NCBI GenBank assembly: GCA_964525635.1
Contig: CAZGJX010000005.1
Span: 9,543 to 73,542, forward strand
DNA: 64,000 bases
Origin: an uncultured archaeon
GTDB lineage: Archaea; Asgardarchaeota; Lokiarchaeia; Sigyniarchaeales; SOKP01
Reading direction: 5' to 3'
Below are positions 49,201-52,200 of this stretch, one piece after another. Under the pieces are notes generated by a model, which did no database searches, was not told the origin of the DNA, and saw only the letters and a list, made by a program, of their open reading frames with translations. Numbering within the stretch: the stretch's first letter is position 1; each line of letters begins with the position of its first letter. A program made the position numbers and the translations under genes.

Positions 49201-52200
49201 TAGTGCTCCTTGTGATTCAATTCCACCATAGGGTGAATTATATAGAGAAAAGTTAATCATCTGGTTTTGAACAGATATTTCTTGTTCGAAAAAATTATAT
49301 ATACCACTTGATGAATGAATATTATCATAATACATTGAGGAGAAATTATAGGTGTCACCTAAGATCGGATCGCTTATCCATACACTATCGATATAATTAC
49401 CTTCATACTTACCATCAAATTCATCTTCAGCTAAATCGAGTCGAGAATATTCTTTCCCTTCTAGAGTTTCTGAGAGTATCCCAGAGTCATAGGAATCTCC
49501 ATAATATATGAGGTTATTCTGGAGTTCTGACATTGAATAATATTCTTCTCCCCAATATTGATTATTCCAACCGATTCTTGTGGAGACTGGAATATCTAAT
49601 AAATAGCCACTTCCAGAGATAACCGATTGTCTCCTATAAGTATTACAATCTTCTAGTAAATGCAGACTATAATGATTAGACGTACCATAATTGTTTATCC
49701 AAGCGAGATCTAATTCATTTTCCCCGTAGAACTGAGCTGATGCTGATGTGTCTGTCCGATCAGGTCTTCCCTGAGCCCTATTAAAAGACGGATCTATACT
49801 CGTTATTTCCTCACTGTAATAACTTAAAAATGAATAATCAACTTTTATATTTTCAAGATTACTCCATATTATACCTAAATATGGATTTTTTAGGTCTAAG
49901 TAGATTGAAAATTTATCTGCTAATGTATAAAAGTCAGGAGATAAATAATACCATTTATTATTTTCCATAAATGAAATTTTATTAATCTTATCAATTTGAT
50001 AAGGTCCAAGCGTTAATTTATAACCGGTTCTAAATTGTTCCAACTCTTGACGTGTCTTAATAGTTGATGTGAAGCAAATTGGACTTGAAATTGTGTATTT
50101 ATCCTTTAACGTTTCAATATTAATTTCAAATAATCCTGTGTGTGATGCCACAATCAACTTCTCTGAATCTTCTTCACTAAGTGCTAATAGATCAAGAATC
50201 TGGAACTTTTCTTCTTCAAAACCAGAGATATCTACTTTTATCCAATCATTCGCTTCTTGACTATATTTTACCGAGTAGACAGTATCCATCTTACCAAGTA
50301 ATTGCCTTGATAATCCAAGTAGTATTCTTTTTTGACTCTTTTCGATTACTGATATTTTACCCAAGATAGAGTTAACAATTACATTTTGAGGATTTAGATT
50401 ATTATAATCAAAGTGTATTAGTTGAGAATAATAGCTTCCTTCTATTAATCCTCCTATTAATATAGATTTATCTTGCTCAGATATTAATGACTCAACAATT
50501 TTTATAGAACTTGGAATGAACCCAATAGGTGCTTGTTGCCGTACTTTTTTAATTGCATTGAAGCCGTCATCAATTTGGTATTTACAAAATGATTGTTTTC
50601 CCGTCTCGTCTTCTTGAACCGTAATTAATACTGTCTTTCCTATATTTCCATCATAATATAGATCAAACAATAAATTCTTATATTCGCTATTAGAAGTTAT
50701 ATTTAAAAATGAATTCCAATTATCATTATAAAATGAAAAGACATTCATTTGATCGGGTGAAAGAATAATTAGTTCAGCGATCCCATCTCTATTAATATCA
50801 AATAATTTGAAAATTTGATTGTATGAAGAATTAAAAAGACCTTCAGCACTAAGAACATCATCTTTTATCCATCCATTTGTCTCGTTAAACTTATAGATAA
50901 TTAGATCAACATAGAGATCATTTTTGACCAAAATAATTGGCTGAAATTCACCATTAGGATTAAACACGCCCCAACTACCCCATAAATTATTTGAGGTTAT
51001 AGGAGTCACCTGCACGGGAATATAGGAATAATTAAATTCCCTAATTGAATTATAAAATTCTGGATCTTTGTTGAAATCCCAAGTTATAGTATAAGAGCCT
51101 GCGTCTATAATCGTTGGCTCTGTTGTTATTGGAATCCATTTGTTAGTAAGGACATTATAGTATTGCGAACATACATCCCAGAATTCTTCAGAATCAAAGT
51201 AATTACTTATTTGTCCAGCTATGATTTGTGAATTAATTATCTCAATTTCATCAAATTCAAACACATCTCCAAAGACAAGATTTGTAATTAATTCTACCTG
51301 AGCAAAATCATATAATACTATATTAGATATTTCAGTAAGATAATTTCCTGCTTTATCTAATATGAGTACTTTTATATAATTAAAATTGGGAATTTGCTCA
51401 AGTAAATCTCCATCCCAGTAATAATTCCACTGATCAATATCACCTGAATAATATGCTCTCCCTATATTTTCCCAAGAATTGCCATCAATAGAACAATAAA
51501 GAAGAATTCTATTAATATCACTCTGTCCTAATGGATTCTTATCTACTAATGAACTTTTTATTGTAATTGTACTATCAGAATAGGTTTCTGAACCAAAAAG
51601 TACAATTCCTGCGTTAGTTGAGTTTGTACCTAAATTCCATTGAAAAAGAGATCCTGCTTGTTTTAATATGGCAGGATCATATATCCCTTTAAATTTCTGT
51701 GTTACTATTGTGTTTCCTAATTGAGCCCCTCCAGTTGCAAGCTCCATTCCATCTGTTATTTCAAACCATAGTAAAAAAGATTCACCTTCCGTAATTGTTG
51801 GCAGGTAATTTCTAATATCGAAAGACATCAACCTCCATTCCCTACTGTCTGAATCGAAAGTTAAAGGAATTTTATTTGAAGTTGCTTCATAAAAAGTGGC
51901 ATAAATCGAGTCTGAGTTTTTAGATGATAATAAATGGCGTGATGATTCTCCAATTTTCAGTATTAATTTTTCACAATCTAAAATAACTTCAAAATCATTA
52001 ATTATATATCCTCCAATTGTTATAGAGGTTATTGATTTAATTAAAGAAATATTATAATTAACTGGATCTGAAAACCCAATAATTTCATATTCAAGCTTTC
52101 CATAATCAAGTTCACCTGAAATTACGAGATTGTGTGATGCAAGGGTTTTTGTTAGATTTAGACGAACACTTTCAACACCATATTGATAGTAAAGGGGCGT